From Klebsiella phage HMGUkp2, in the sequence record PV683292.1: a DNA stretch of 64,000 nucleotides; one strand, given 5' to 3'. The notes below the pieces were generated by a model. The model was not told the origin of the DNA and did not search any database. It saw only the letters and a list, made by a program, of their open reading frames with translations. How positions within the stretch are numbered: position 1 is the stretch's first letter; each line of letters starts with the position of its first letter. This document shows positions 41,156 through 52,700 of this stretch, piece by piece. Both the position numbers and the translations under genes were made by a program.

Positions 41156-42078
41156 CCAGGATCAAGCAGATCAAGCTCGGTGCGTAAAGCTTCTTTTTCT
41201 ATACGAGCTTCTTCGATTAAACGAGTCCCGTCAACAGTTACACCACCCGGAAGCATCATGCCTTGGTGTTTGGCTAAAATCTGTCCATTAAGTTCTTTAG
41301 CTAAACAGTGGGCATAATCTTTTACCCAACGATTATTATAGGCACCTTCACGGTTCTGGTTCTGTTCACCAGCAAATTGGCCTGTGATTCCTTTATTAGG
41401 ATTGTCATATACTTCACCAAGGCCCCATTGGTTAGCGTTATTAGAACCAGCGTAACCGTACCCGGCAGTATTACCTACAGCCCAATCTACGTTGTTATAA
41501 GATTTAGTCCATACCTCACAAACGATTATATCACCCTTCATAAAGTTACCCATTATTTTGAGCAACTCCGTATCAGAGTTATACCAGTAGTCCGGAAGTG
41601 GAGATAAAAGGTCCTGCATCATCGACCAGTAAGTCATCAGCTGTGTAAAATACCCGAGGTCAGCTCCGAACGCATTAGGCCCGTATCCTTTTTGACAAGA
41701 TGAACCCATACCACCATTGATGCCAGCCATACCCATAAGAAAGTCTGTAAACCAAGGGTAAGTAGTATTTCCGTCCATTGAAGTAATCGAGCCAACATTA
41801 GTACGTACTATCTGAGAAATAGCAAATATATTACGGCCTTGGAGATTAAACACCCCATTCAAGAACTGGGCGTTATCCGATTCTTCCGTGCCAATGTAGA
41901 AAACCTGATATCCTTTGTTCAGACCGTTAAAATGGTATTCACCGTAGAGCTCTAGAGCTCGCTGGATACAATCATATATTTGGTCAGTAGTTAATTCAAC
42001 ATTTACGATTGGTGCGCCCATGCGACGCAAGATAAGGTCCTTCAGTTCAGAAGGATTATTAGCAACTTGTCCGGCCAT
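41134..42078 (-). CDS. 13: neck protein gp13
   Basis: 314 aa (T4 309); late promoter and RBS upstream. Confidence 0.8.
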   Translation of the reverse strand: MAGQVANNPSELKDLILRRMGAPIVNVELTTDQIYDCIQRALELYGEYHFNGLNKGYQVFYIGTEESDNAQFLNGVFNLQGRNIFAISQIVRTNVGSITSMDGNTTYPWFTDFLMGMAGINGGMGSSCQKGYGPNAFGADLGYFTQLMTYWSMMQDLLSPLPDYWYNSDTELLKIMGNFMKGDIIVCEVWTKSYNNVDWAVGNTAGYGYAGSNNANQWGLGEVYDNPNKGITGQFAGEQNQNREGAYNNRWVKDYAHCLAKELNGQILAKHQGMMLPGGVTVDGTRLIEEARIEKEALRTELDLLDPGCPILLG

Positions 42079-42101
42079 AAAAAGTCCTCATATAATAACT
42101 A

Positions 42102-42109
42102 TATTTATA
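42102..42109 (-). promoter_or_regulatory. late promoter TATAAATA for gene 13
   Basis: Complement of TATTTATA; second AAAAATGGGAG cassette. Confidence 0.65.
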
Positions 42110-42117
42110 CAAAAATG

Positions 42118-42135
42118 GGAGACCGAAGTCTCCCT
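42118..42135 (-). terminator. hairpin GGGAGACTTCGGTCTCCC after wac (UUCG loop)
   Basis: 7-bp stem directly after the wac stop. Confidence 0.6.
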
Positions 42136-42139
42136 AATT

Positions 42140-43906
42140 TTAGCGCGCTGGAACTACAGTAATATCAACAGCTTCTACATTTAAAACAACTTGAGAAGCC
42201 GGTTCAACAGCTTTAATAGCCATTCGTAAACGATCCGTTTCTTCTAACAGTCCAAGCCAATCAAAGCTAACAACTTGGTAACCTGCTACAGTTTTAACAC
42301 CTACAGAGTTAACATCCACAGAAACGTCATCAACATAAAACACTAAGTCAAGAACTTTATCTGCATGGGCTTTTTCGATAATAACCGAAGCTGATACACT
42401 ATAAATTGCAGTGTCGTCGATAACGATTTCGCTATTAATAACGCGAATCTGATTATTAAAATCAGCCGCTACAAGACCAGGACCGAACGAATATTCAAAA
42501 TCATCGCCGGTTAAATCTGCCTGAAGGTCTTTACCTTTAAATGAACCCATCGCCATGGATTTTTTGATCCATTGGTCTTTTGTACGGAGATAAGCATTCA
42601 GGTCAGTTACATCCTGCACATAATTTGAATTTATCTTTTTAACAGACTCTAAAAGACCACTCTTTTCAATAGGGTCTGCAGCGCTAGAATTACCGTAAAC
42701 AGTTTTACGAACTTCATTTAATTGGCCTGTGATACCGTTAGTACCATTACCCAGTTCAGCCTGAATATCTTGAATAGATGATTGCTGTTGAGACTGGACA
42801 CCGATAACTTCAGTCAAACGACCTTCAATAGAACTAGGATCAGGAGTTTCGCCAGGGCCAACAATGCCTGTTTTCTGCTGAATCCAAGCTATCTGCCCGC
42901 GCATGCCAGAAGAAGCATCTTCGCCAACAACAGTCTTAATTTCGTCTTGGGTAGTTTGAATCGCATCTAATCTACCTAAAATGCTGTACGGTTCTGAAGC
43001 TGATCCGATTTTTACTTCAATGGCACCTACTTTATCAACAAGACCGGTTCCAGCTGAATTAACGGTAGCATCAATAGATAGAGTACGTGATTCTAAATTA
43101 GATACTCTAGAAGAAATTGTTTCAGGACCTGTTAAATTAATGGCGGCAGAAATATTTTCCTGCGTGGTTTTAAGAAGACCAATATCGTTGTCAGCCTTAA
43201 TTATTCTGCTGTAAATGGAAGTCCCATTCGCTAAGGTTTTAGGACCTATTTCAGTACGAATTTCATCAATTCTGCCTGATAAAGCACCTACATCAGAATC
43301 GATAAAATTGTCTTCAAGATCTTGGACTCTAGCAGTAACTTTAGAAATGGCGTCACTGTTAGAAATGATACGGAGTTTCATGCCGGAACCAGGAGAATTT
43401 AAATCAACTTCACCGTTTTTATTCTGTCCGGGATAAGAACCCATTTCATCTTTGATGAATACAATATCTCCGCGTATAGTACGGTGTTTAGGATCTAAGT
43501 TCGGATTATACACTCCGACTTCAGCCGTTAATTTTATCGAAGATTCTTTTAAAGAAGCTATTTCTTGCTCGTGAAGATCTAGCTCAGAATTAACCAGTAC
43601 AATGTCATCACGGTTTTTATAAACCTGAGTTACTGCATCAACATCAGTGGTAATTTCTAAAGATTCTTTAATAGATTCAATTTCAGAGCTGTTTTTGTTT
43701 ACTTGCTCTACAGTTCGTTCTACTTCACGGTGAACGAATTCGATGTTCTCTTGGAGTTGAACGCCGACTCGGTTAAGTTCGCCTTCATGTCCGTAACGAG
43801 TAGAAGCCGCATTAAGCGGCTCTCCATTTTTAATCCAGGCAATTCGTTTTTGAGACTCGCCTGGGTCTTTAGTTACATTGGGTAAAGTTTCAAGCTTGAT
43901 AATCAT
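42140..43906 (-). CDS. wac: fibritin (whiskers/neck fibres) with non-foldon C-terminal domain
   Basis: 588 aa. N-terminus ...DPGESQKRIAWIKNGEPLNAAS... matches T4 Wac (...EGQSRISWIKNGEEILGA...). Long coiled coil. C-terminal about 150 aa unrelated to the T4 foldon ([27 protein letters not shown]). Confidence 0.75.
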   Translation of the reverse strand: MIIKLETLPNVTKDPGESQKRIAWIKNGEPLNAASTRYGHEGELNRVGVQLQENIEFVHREVERTVEQVNKNSSEIESIKESLEITTDVDAVTQVYKNRDDIVLVNSELDLHEQEIASLKESSIKLTAEVGVYNPNLDPKHRTIRGDIVFIKDEMGSYPGQNKNGEVDLNSPGSGMKLRIISNSDAISKVTARVQDLEDNFIDSDVGALSGRIDEIRTEIGPKTLANGTSIYSRIIKADNDIGLLKTTQENISAAINLTGPETISSRVSNLESRTLSIDATVNSAGTGLVDKVGAIEVKIGSASEPYSILGRLDAIQTTQDEIKTVVGEDASSGMRGQIAWIQQKTGIVGPGETPDPSSIEGRLTEVIGVQSQQQSSIQDIQAELGNGTNGITGQLNEVRKTVYGNSSAADPIEKSGLLESVKKINSNYVQDVTDLNAYLRTKDQWIKKSMAMGSFKGKDLQADLTGDDFEYSFGPGLVAADFNNQIRVINSEIVIDDTAIYSVSASVIIEKAHADKVLDLVFYVDDVSVDVNSVGVKTVAGYQVVSFDWLGLLEETDRLRMAIKAVEPASQVVLNVEAVDITVVPAR

Positions 43907-43915
43907 TAAGAATCC

Positions 43916-45271
43916 TTAATTTGTGCAGAATGTGGCCAATACGTCTACATGTAAAACTCGGTGCCATTGAACAGGTTCAAGGTCAACTCTAGCTCCTGGA
44001 GGAATATTGCCGAACCGGAAATTACCCGACGCATACGCCTCGAATCTCCAGGAATGACCATTTCTTCCGCCTTTAGTATTTTCTATATTTAATGTAAGTA
44101 TTCCGCCTTGTCTTTGCCCATTAACGCGAACATAGAACTGGAAAATACGGTTATCACCGCCGTCGTTGTTTCTTTCAAATTTACAAACAACGTTCATACC
44201 TACAGTAGAAAAGCCTTCCCACGGACTTTGACAATACCAAGTATCAGGACTACCATTATTTCCTCTGTAGTTAAGATATGTGGCTCCTTCAATGCGAGTA
44301 ATATTACCAACCATCCTGTCTTTAGGCATAAAGCGGTTATCAGCTTCACCTTTAGACCAAGCATTTACGTCCCCGGCACTTAAAGTAATATTTCCGGATA
44401 AAGGCTTACCATTTACAGTAGTTGTTTTAAACACGACGGCATCAGCTCTTGCGGCAGTTTGCCCGGACTGAGGAACACCGGATAGCTGGACTAACCCGTA
44501 TTGGGATGTAGAACCGCGCAAGGCCATCAATTGCTTAGGAGAAACTGCTACAGAATCTAAAGTCCCGGCGGCTGTTTCAGATGCAGTAGATAAACGAATA
44601 ACACCAAATTTAGATTCAGATGCTTTAGCACCAAGCAACCCTTTAGGTGATATAGCGTATCCATCTCCTAAAGTCCCTTGTTGAATTTGAGCACTAGTAG
44701 CTAATTTAACTAATCCTAAATTAGTTTCTGTAGCCATTGTATATGAAGGAGGATTGGCCGAATGGGCCGCAATCATTTCTACAACTCGCTTCGGAGTCAC
44801 CGCTGTAGTATCATCGGTACCAGCTTGTCCCATATCATAAGTGGCCCGCTTAATAGTACCAAATCTAGTTTCAGTAGCCGTTACATTAGTAAAAACATGG
44901 CCTAATGCAGAAGGAACTATAGCGGCATTACCGATAGCGAATCCAGCCGCTTCAGCATTAGTAGCATATCTGGTTAAGCCTTTTACTGTGGTCGTTGCAT
45001 CTGGTCTGGTGATAACAGATTTTAATGTGGCCGGGCTAACAAATTTATTTGTTACTGTGCCAGCATCTACTTCAGTTTGAGTAGCTATAGCCACAATACC
45101 TGGAGTTGTAGGAGTTGCTACAGGTAAACCTACGTCAGTACGAGACCAGTCGCCGATCATTGATAATGCTTTTTGGACATTATCTACAGAAGTCGGCCAA
45201 TCTGTATTAGCCGGCTTAAAAATTGTGTATTCAGCTAAGTCACTATAGTGCTGAAAGTTATTTTGAGCCAT
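43916..45271 (-). CDS. 12: short tail fibre protein gp12
   Basis: 451 aa (T4 527); N-terminal and central regions similar to T4 gp12 (…VKGLTRYATNAEA…); C-terminal receptor-binding part diverged. Confidence 0.8.
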   Translation of the reverse strand: MAQNNFQHYSDLAEYTIFKPANTDWPTSVDNVQKALSMIGDWSRTDVGLPVATPTTPGIVAIATQTEVDAGTVTNKFVSPATLKSVITRPDATTTVKGLTRYATNAEAAGFAIGNAAIVPSALGHVFTNVTATETRFGTIKRATYDMGQAGTDDTTAVTPKRVVEMIAAHSANPPSYTMATETNLGLVKLATSAQIQQGTLGDGYAISPKGLLGAKASESKFGVIRLSTASETAAGTLDSVAVSPKQLMALRGSTSQYGLVQLSGVPQSGQTAARADAVVFKTTTVNGKPLSGNITLSAGDVNAWSKGEADNRFMPKDRMVGNITRIEGATYLNYRGNNGSPDTWYCQSPWEGFSTVGMNVVCKFERNNDGGDNRIFQFYVRVNGQRQGGILTLNIENTKGGRNGHSWRFEAYASGNFRFGNIPPGARVDLEPVQWHRVLHVDVLATFCTN

Positions 45272-45924
45272 TACGAGATCCTCTGGAAATAATGGAAGCG
45301 AACAGTATTACTAGCAAATACTTTATCTTCGCTACCTAAAAAGTTCCAACTTCCGTAACCTTGTTTAGCAGGAGACAAAACACTAAAGTTAACTGTAATA
45401 CCGTTCCATTTAAAAGTTTCGAAAGTATGGTTCTGGTAATCCAGGTGAGTAATATCTACGATATTCTGGGTAGAAGCAGAGCTAAAAACTGCTGCAATAG
45501 CAACCTTATCAGCAACCATAGACTCAAGGATGTTGAGCCATTTAGCAGCAGCTATCTCGGCAGTATCACCGTTTTTAAGTTTAACGGCAACACCTAGAAT
45601 CTCAACTATTTCTTCAGAGGTTTCGTCTTCTAATTTGACAACGCCTGAAAAAACGGCTCGAGTGATCTGTTGTGTTTTTCCTGGACTAATACCTGTTACA
45701 TTAGTAACAACTTCTCCGACATCGCTAGGGATCATCGCACGGACATCATCTATTGCTGCCTGGATATTAGGATACCAAACGCCGTGTTGTGTTTGTTTTA
45801 GTGTGACCGACCCATAAGGAACTTGATCACCTACAGAAATATCTTCAGGATCTAATTCAAACTGAAGATAGTTAGCTTCTCTTGAAGGGACCTTAGCCCC
45901 TTCACGTGTTTTAGTAAAAATCAT
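45271..45924 (-). CDS. 11: baseplate wedge / STF-attachment protein gp11
   Basis: 217 aa (T4 219); C-terminus GYGSWNFLG...FHYFQR close to T4. Confidence 0.8.
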   Translation of the reverse strand: MIFTKTREGAKVPSREANYLQFELDPEDISVGDQVPYGSVTLKQTQHGVWYPNIQAAIDDVRAMIPSDVGEVVTNVTGISPGKTQQITRAVFSGVVKLEDETSEEIVEILGVAVKLKNGDTAEIAAAKWLNILESMVADKVAIAAVFSSASTQNIVDITHLDYQNHTFETFKWNGITVNFSVLSPAKQGYGSWNFLGSEDKVFASNTVRFHYFQRIS

Positions 45925-47735
45925 TATGCCACCCTTATCCAGCGATAGACAGTTATAGAAGGTTGAACGTTAGAAATAGGTAAGCCACCAGCGCCTTTGT
46001 TTACGGTGATAGAACCTTCTCTATATTTGGAATACCCAGGACCAGATGCATCAGGATCTAATTGGCACCCGCCGATAACTACGGTACCATTATCATCAGC
46101 AATAAGAACCGTATCATCAGATTTAAGTTCGGGGATGTTATTTGCTGAAATCTGGAATTCAACTTCGCCGACCGTGCCTCCAGCGCTATGAGACGGCCTA
46201 CCTGAACTGTCTAGGTCATTATTATTTAATGCAAAGTAAGGATTACTTATATCAGAAGCCCACCCTACAGATGCATGGCCTTCACCGTACATCTTCCATA
46301 CACCCATACCCATGTAATCTCGAGGATTAGCCGGGTTATGAGCATTTTCATAAATTGTTCCTATAGGATAAATTGAGTCAAAAAATGCTGAGATGTTAGA
46401 TAACCGAACATCGTACTCATTAGGCACATCAACTTTAGTTTTTTGGCTCGGGTTCTGATAATCAGTGTATTCGATTCTGTTTTTAAGGTCTACTGTTTCT
46501 TCGGCATTCATATAAATCAGATCTGTCTCAGAAACAATATCATCCATGGACATCGTGGTCCCGATGTTGTTATTATACCAACGGACAGTAATGATATCCT
46601 GGTCTTCAAACGGTTGACCGAATCTAATACCAGAAACTTTAATCCCGTCACTATCAAATATCAAACGATAATCGGAGTCCGATTGGACCCAAGTCCCACC
46701 ATTAGCTATACAATCTTGTAAAGATTCACCAGGGGCACCTTCACAAATAAACTCCGGAAGACCACCTGTCCCTGCTTCAACCTGGCTTTTACCGTTTATT
46801 TCTACCTCGATAGAATTTGGATTCATGTCTATACCAGGAAGAACACCTAAATCTGCGACGCTAAGTTCACGCAGGGTACTCAAGTCGGCTACAATTTTAG
46901 AGCCTTGGACTGTTTTCTCAGAGGTAAGTTTGTTACTGCGAACCATAACAGTAACTTTGTTGTATGAGCTACGCCATACACCAATACCATCTAAAAAGGT
47001 TTCGAAAATAATTACATCGCCTGCAGAACAAGGCTTAACTAACCGAACATCTTTTTTATTCAAAGCCACAATAGTATTGTTTGGGCCAGGAGAACCGTAA
47101 TCTGCATTAACCGGGTCAAATCCATTCTCACCGTAAAACAGCATATTACCACGGCGATAGACATTCAGAGATTCTGGATTATATTCTTCACCATCAAAAA
47201 TGTCTAAGAAGTCAGTTTGGCCTTCAGTGGCAATAATTGATTTCTTAGAAACTGTAGCTAAATCGCCATTAGTAAATTTTTCAATGGTTTTACCGTTGAT
47301 GTATTCCCATCTACCAGGAGAGCAATAAACCAGCTCAAGATCTTGATAGTTAGTATTAAAGGTCTTAGGAGATGCAGAGCCTTTAATAGTATCGCCTGAG
47401 GCAGGAACCACAGTCACAGGGGACAACCGCCAGGTAGACCATACATCACGTAGACGAATAACGCTGTTGTAGTCCGAAGGTTTACCTTTAGGAAGATAAA
47501 CTGTTACACGAGCCGCCTGTGTATTAATCGCGAAACTATCACCCATTTTAGGGTCAAGTCGAATAGAAGTAGCTGCTGAGTGGGTTTTCCAAGCACCAGC
47601 AGCGTGAGGATAAGTACCATCGCCTAATTGATAGTACAGTTCGTCAAAGTTGTTATTAATCTTTTGGCCACCAAGGCGGAGATAATCTCCGCTGCCGTCG
47701 TCGACTACTTGGCCAATATTTAAATTTTGTTTCAT
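45924..47735 (-). CDS. 10: baseplate wedge protein gp10
   Basis: 603 aa (T4 602); synteny. Confidence 0.85.
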   Translation of the reverse strand: MKQNLNIGQVVDDGSGDYLRLGGQKINNNFDELYYQLGDGTYPHAAGAWKTHSAATSIRLDPKMGDSFAINTQAARVTVYLPKGKPSDYNSVIRLRDVWSTWRLSPVTVVPASGDTIKGSASPKTFNTNYQDLELVYCSPGRWEYINGKTIEKFTNGDLATVSKKSIIATEGQTDFLDIFDGEEYNPESLNVYRRGNMLFYGENGFDPVNADYGSPGPNNTIVALNKKDVRLVKPCSAGDVIIFETFLDGIGVWRSSYNKVTVMVRSNKLTSEKTVQGSKIVADLSTLRELSVADLGVLPGIDMNPNSIEVEINGKSQVEAGTGGLPEFICEGAPGESLQDCIANGGTWVQSDSDYRLIFDSDGIKVSGIRFGQPFEDQDIITVRWYNNNIGTTMSMDDIVSETDLIYMNAEETVDLKNRIEYTDYQNPSQKTKVDVPNEYDVRLSNISAFFDSIYPIGTIYENAHNPANPRDYMGMGVWKMYGEGHASVGWASDISNPYFALNNNDLDSSGRPSHSAGGTVGEVEFQISANNIPELKSDDTVLIADDNGTVVIGGCQLDPDASGPGYSKYREGSITVNKGAGGLPISNVQPSITVYRWIRVA

Positions 47736-47737
47736 TA

Positions 47738-48622
47738 TTAGATTCCTGTACCGACGGTCTGAGTACCGATAGATTTAATTGCCAGTCTAGCGTTAGAGTA
47801 ATTTGATTTCACGGTAAGCACTACTTTACCTGCAGAATTTACTGAATAGGTAGCATCGTAAAAGAATTCATCTTCACCTTTTTCACCACCAATTCTTATA
47901 ACAGCATATTCAGTAGAATAAACCTGGTTCATGCTAGAATCAATTAACAAAAGGGTTTCAGAAGACTGTCTGATATTTTTACCAGGTGGTGTTGCTACAT
48001 AACTCATTAGAAGCTTAATAGAGTTAAATTCTCTAACCCCAGCAATAACAATGTCAGTTCCTGTTTGGTTAATTGTAAACGTTCTTTCTAAAGGAACGTG
48101 CTGCTGGCCAAACATACTTGTAATAGAGTAATCCCAAATACAATTACCTGAGGTATCTTTAGAAATACACCAGACTTCAACCCTAGTATACGGAGAAACT
48201 ATTTCAATTTTATTACCGCCTGAAGCGAATCCGTCATTAGCACTAGTTGTTATTGTAAGACTGGTTTCTGCCGAAATAGAACCGTCAGCATTTACAAAGT
48301 AAATAGCTTCACCAACGTTGCCTTTAGCTATAGTAACATTGAGCTTTTGGCCGTTGGTAGAAATGTCGTGACAAGTTCCTAAAGCTATTTCACTACTGCT
48401 ATAATCGGCAAATGACAACTTTTGGTAATATCCGGTTGCATGGATTATCTGGGTGTTTTCGCCATCAGCAGCCGCAAAAAGCCGTTGGTCGCCGAAAGCA
48501 TTAAAAATATCTGAGAAGTTGTTGTTTATTTTAACGCCGCCATCGTATAAGATATCGCCTGTTGAGGCGTTACCAATCTCACCTACGTTTACGACTTCTT
48601 TTGGAATTTGTGTGAATGCCAT
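47738..48622 (-). CDS. 9: baseplate wedge / LTF socket protein gp9
   Basis: ORF 47738-48676 trimmed to MAFTQIPKE (ATG 48622; RBS GAGGT and late promoter upstream), giving 294 aa (T4 288). Confidence 0.8.
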   Translation of the reverse strand: MAFTQIPKEVVNVGEIGNASTGDILYDGGVKINNNFSDIFNAFGDQRLFAAADGENTQIIHATGYYQKLSFADYSSSEIALGTCHDISTNGQKLNVTIAKGNVGEAIYFVNADGSISAETSLTITTSANDGFASGGNKIEIVSPYTRVEVWCISKDTSGNCIWDYSITSMFGQQHVPLERTFTINQTGTDIVIAGVREFNSIKLLMSYVATPPGKNIRQSSETLLLIDSSMNQVYSTEYAVIRIGGEKGEDEFFYDATYSVNSAGKVVLTVKSNYSNARLAIKSIGTQTVGTGI

Positions 48623-48648
48623 AGTGTACCTCAATATGTTTATAGAGA

Positions 48649-48656
48649 TATTTATA
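48649..48656 (-). promoter_or_regulatory. late promoter TATAAATA for gene 9
   Basis: Complement of TATTTATA; third AAAAATGGGAG cassette. Confidence 0.65.
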
Positions 48657-48665
48657 AACAAAAAT

Positions 48666-48683
48666 GGGAGCCTCACGGCTCCC
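48666..48683 (-). terminator. hairpin GGGAGCCGTGAGGCTCCC after gene 8
   Basis: Same 18-mer as the terminator at 11267-11284. Confidence 0.6.
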
Positions 48684-48686
48684 TAG

Positions 48687-49718
48687 TTAAAATTCAAAGA
48701 TAATACTAACTTCTTCAGTTTGGTCCATTGATCTAATGATCGGTTGTCTATTTTCCATATAAATGATTTCACCGGACTGTCTAAACAAACTTACCGCCGG
48801 ATAAGATCCTTTAGTAGCCTTAACATTAGGGTCATTAGGATTCTTTTTAGCTTCTAAAGGATTACTAATTACAGAAATCTGTCTAAATCCGGTATTACCC
48901 GGTAAACTAAACTCCGGGAAATAGACCGAGTCCAGGAAAGCTTTAAACCGCACGCAGTTGGCTTTAAGGCGGTAAATGATGTCGTAGTCATATTGTTGCC
49001 AGCTGATGTTATTATGATAACCCCAACGTTGAGGGTCCGCAGCCACTTCATCCGGCCATGGAACGACAATATATTCATTAGTACAGCGGTTAATAGAAAC
49101 ATCTGGCGGGATCTCATAAAGATATTCCCAATAGTACCCATCTCCTGTATCTATGATACCGTTAGTACCACCACTAGTATCTGCTCGGCCGCTAGGAACA
49201 ATAGTAGAAGTTCTTGAAGGAGACCACTTACCGCCTAGCGCAAGGCATTCATCTTTATTAGACAACTGGCCTATAGAACACATACCTTCTTTTGGAACAT
49301 CAACACATTTATAAATTAGCCAACCGGCGCCGACTTCTGTTTTATTATACGGGGCGTTATTAGTAACTACAATATCACCAATTAAAAATGTTGAGTTATC
49401 GTAACGCGAATCACCCCAATCACGCCTTGGAATAACACAGTCTAGCATGCTTGGGTCAACTTTAACAGCGCCCATCATATTAGTCCAGACATCAACAACC
49501 CCGTCAGTACTATCTGAAGGGTATGGAGGGGCAAATCCTGGCTCGTTTTCATTAGCAGACCATGGAGTAGATTTGCCAAAGCTTATATACAATGTATTTT
49601 GTTCTGGTCCATCTCCTACGGATTTATAGAACGTGTACATTTTTTCAGTACGAAATTTAGAAGTAATAACAGCGCGATAAATCGCGCTGTTCACTGATGC
49701 TAACGCAGATGTAGACAT
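48687..49718 (-). CDS. 8: baseplate wedge protein gp8
   Basis: 343 aa (T4 334); synteny. Confidence 0.8.
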   Translation of the reverse strand: MSTSALASVNSAIYRAVITSKFRTEKMYTFYKSVGDGPEQNTLYISFGKSTPWSANENEPGFAPPYPSDSTDGVVDVWTNMMGAVKVDPSMLDCVIPRRDWGDSRYDNSTFLIGDIVVTNNAPYNKTEVGAGWLIYKCVDVPKEGMCSIGQLSNKDECLALGGKWSPSRTSTIVPSGRADTSGGTNGIIDTGDGYYWEYLYEIPPDVSINRCTNEYIVVPWPDEVAADPQRWGYHNNISWQQYDYDIIYRLKANCVRFKAFLDSVYFPEFSLPGNTGFRQISVISNPLEAKKNPNDPNVKATKGSYPAVSLFRQSGEIIYMENRQPIIRSMDQTEEVSIIFEF

Positions 49719-52700
49719 TTATTCACCTATATTGACCTGGGTTGGATTCTCAGGATCACGAGGATTTCCTACATTATCTTTAAGCCGTTCATCTACCAGC
49801 TCTCTATAACAAGAGAATGTTACTGCAGACTGGTCAAATAAAGGACTGTGCCGCTTACGTCTTTCACAAGGACCTTGACCTTGGAATTGGCTATTATTAT
49901 TCTCTGTGATATATTCTTGAGTACATGGGTAAGGAACACCTTTGTTTACATTATCGTAGTAAATAGGGTCACCCCATGCGTCTCGTTCTATAGTTCCACT
50001 AGGAGAAATTGCGGCATTTCTGTCAGGATAATACGAAGGAATGCCTGAGTCCCACTTATAGTTCTTGAGTTTATTTATGGTGGTTTCAACGTGTTTCATA
50101 CTAAGCCCAGCATTAATAAACATCGTGATCAAAGTAATACCGATGAAGCCGAAACCTACCGGATGAACAAATCTCAGTACGTCATCTCTGTATCTAGAAG
50201 TAGGAAGAGAAGAACGAATTTTCATCACATAATAAGAACGAGAACGGTTAATATATTCTATGGTATTAGAAATAAGTTCTTTACCACGAACACCCACAAC
50301 AATCATACCTTCAAAAGAGGTCTTTTCAGATTTAACTTCTTGACCAGCGACAAATCGACCTATCATATTATGAATAGTCATACGCCATAGAAGCTTACCG
50401 TCAACATATTCGCGCTCAATATATGTCACATTGCAACGACCTGAAGCTGTGTAAATCGTACGACCCACAATATCGTCATTGATATTATCAGAGTCAACAA
50501 CTATATCATACTCGGTGCTGTTTTTAGATTCGATGTCAATTTCAACATCCTCATTATATAAAAGCTTGAACAGAAACTTGTAGCTTTCTTCAATACCTTT
50601 TGTGGCGTAGAAGTCATTTTTACGAGCTTCAAAGAAACGTACTACAGCATCTCTCCGCTCCTTTGACAGGTAGATATTACGCTTATAAACTTCAGACCAT
50701 AAGTATTCCCAAGCATGTTCTTCTCTAGGGTACTTATCACGAACAAGGTTCAGAAGCTTATTATAATGCGTTCCATATCCTTTAGAAATGAATTGTAAAT
50801 AATAATTACTGAAAGCTTCAAAGTTAGTATCTTGAAGCAAATAACTATCTGGCATCATTTTACGAACTAAAGGAACTAAATCAGGATCTTGGAGACCAGT
50901 ATCTTCTGTCGGGGTCCACGGAACTTCATGCTCTTGGTTTTGTAAAAACGCCTTAAACATTACATTTTTAGGCTTCCAAGTAATCTTAACATAATCTCTG
51001 ACTCTGTATTCAAATTCATAGAATCCTACCAAAGTACCATCAGGTTCGTGGAACATGATACCAGAGGCATATTTTAAGAAGCTATCGAACTCTACGTTAG
51101 GACAATAGAATACACCATCGCCTTTATTCCAAACTTCATGCAAAATACGGTTAGGATCTGTTAAAGACAGAGTATCAACATACTTGGTATAAGTAGTGTT
51201 GTTATAAACTACTAAAGCATGGTCCGTAGTAGTAACCCAGTTTCTATTTCCAGAACGGGCCATCCAGTTAAACCAAGGCTCGGCATAAAATTTCATACGT
51301 CCAGGTTTAAACTCTTCCCAACCGCTATTTTCGTTAGATCGGAAGCTCATCATGTGCCAATGTTTATCATGATGGTACTGGTAAGGCGCATAATACGAAA
51401 TAGCTTCTGTAACCTTGGCAGGGTATTCTAAAGGAAGTTCATTATCAGGAACATATTCGTTATACCGAAAGTCGCCAGAGCTAAAGAACAGTTCTTGCCC
51501 ATCAGTAGACATGCTAGACCAACCATGTTCAATTCTTCTACGTTCTTCTGCTGTGGTACCAAAAACTCTTCTAAAGCTTAAAGTATCTTCGTCAAATACG
51601 TAAACGCCTTTAATTGCTTCAGCTTCTTTAGATACACATTCAACATTTTTAGGGTCGGATGCATCAAGCCCTGCGGATTTTAAACGGCCTGTAATAAGAG
51701 CAAAGATTTTGCCGCCGATAGAATCCATTTTATAACAAACAGCTAGGTCATCACCGGTTATTCTGATTATTTCAGGCTCAAATAACTTTTCACCGAATGT
51801 AGGGGATCCGATAACTGTATCAACAGGGGCTTGTTTTAATTTAATTCTGCGAACTGTGTCTCTGGCTACACCGTATAAGTGTGTATTGTTAACGGTCATA
51901 GCTTCTACTCTAGTATTAAGAATACCAGGCCATGAAGCATATACACCGAAGATTTCTACTTCGAACCCTAAATTAAGCTGGTCACCTAACTTAGTAAATG
52001 TCACTTCGTTATCACTAAATCGAACTTCATCCGACGACCATCGAACATCGCTAGATTTACGCCCATAGAACACTTTATTATAGCCCAGGACGTATGTAGT
52101 AGTATTGGATTGATAAACACAGGTCCTTGAAACAGGATTGCCTACGCGATCACTAAAGAGGCGTACGTAATGCCAGTTCTGGCCTTTATCATTAGATACT
52201 TTGACCATGTGCTGGAAACGTTCAAACAGATAGAGGTTGCCATCTATTTCAGCAAGCATGGTTCTGTCTTTATCTACGCAGACCGCTTCTATAGGCCCTT
52301 GAATTTCATGGAATTCATCTTCACCTAAAACATATTGCTTAACTTGTGAAAGATCTTTATATTCAGTAGAGATAGGAAAGTTTTCAGCCATCAGTGATGC
52401 TTGTAATGCAGCCGTATTGAAGTTAACATAGTTCATACGGTTCTTAATGAACTTTTCTTCAATGAACGGTTTCATAAGCATGAATTGGCTCATCTGTTCA
52501 AATGTGTAGGCGTTAACTTCAAATGTTTCAAAGTCTTCAGTTTCTACCCATTCCGAAGGTTCGAATCCCGCCGCGGTCGATTGTACACGCATTCTGTACG
52601 TGGTCATAGGACGCAAGTTATTTGCGAACCATTCGTTTTCAGTGGTATAACCTAGTGCACGCCAACTTAAAGAAGAACGGTCGAGAAGTCGACCGTTTTC

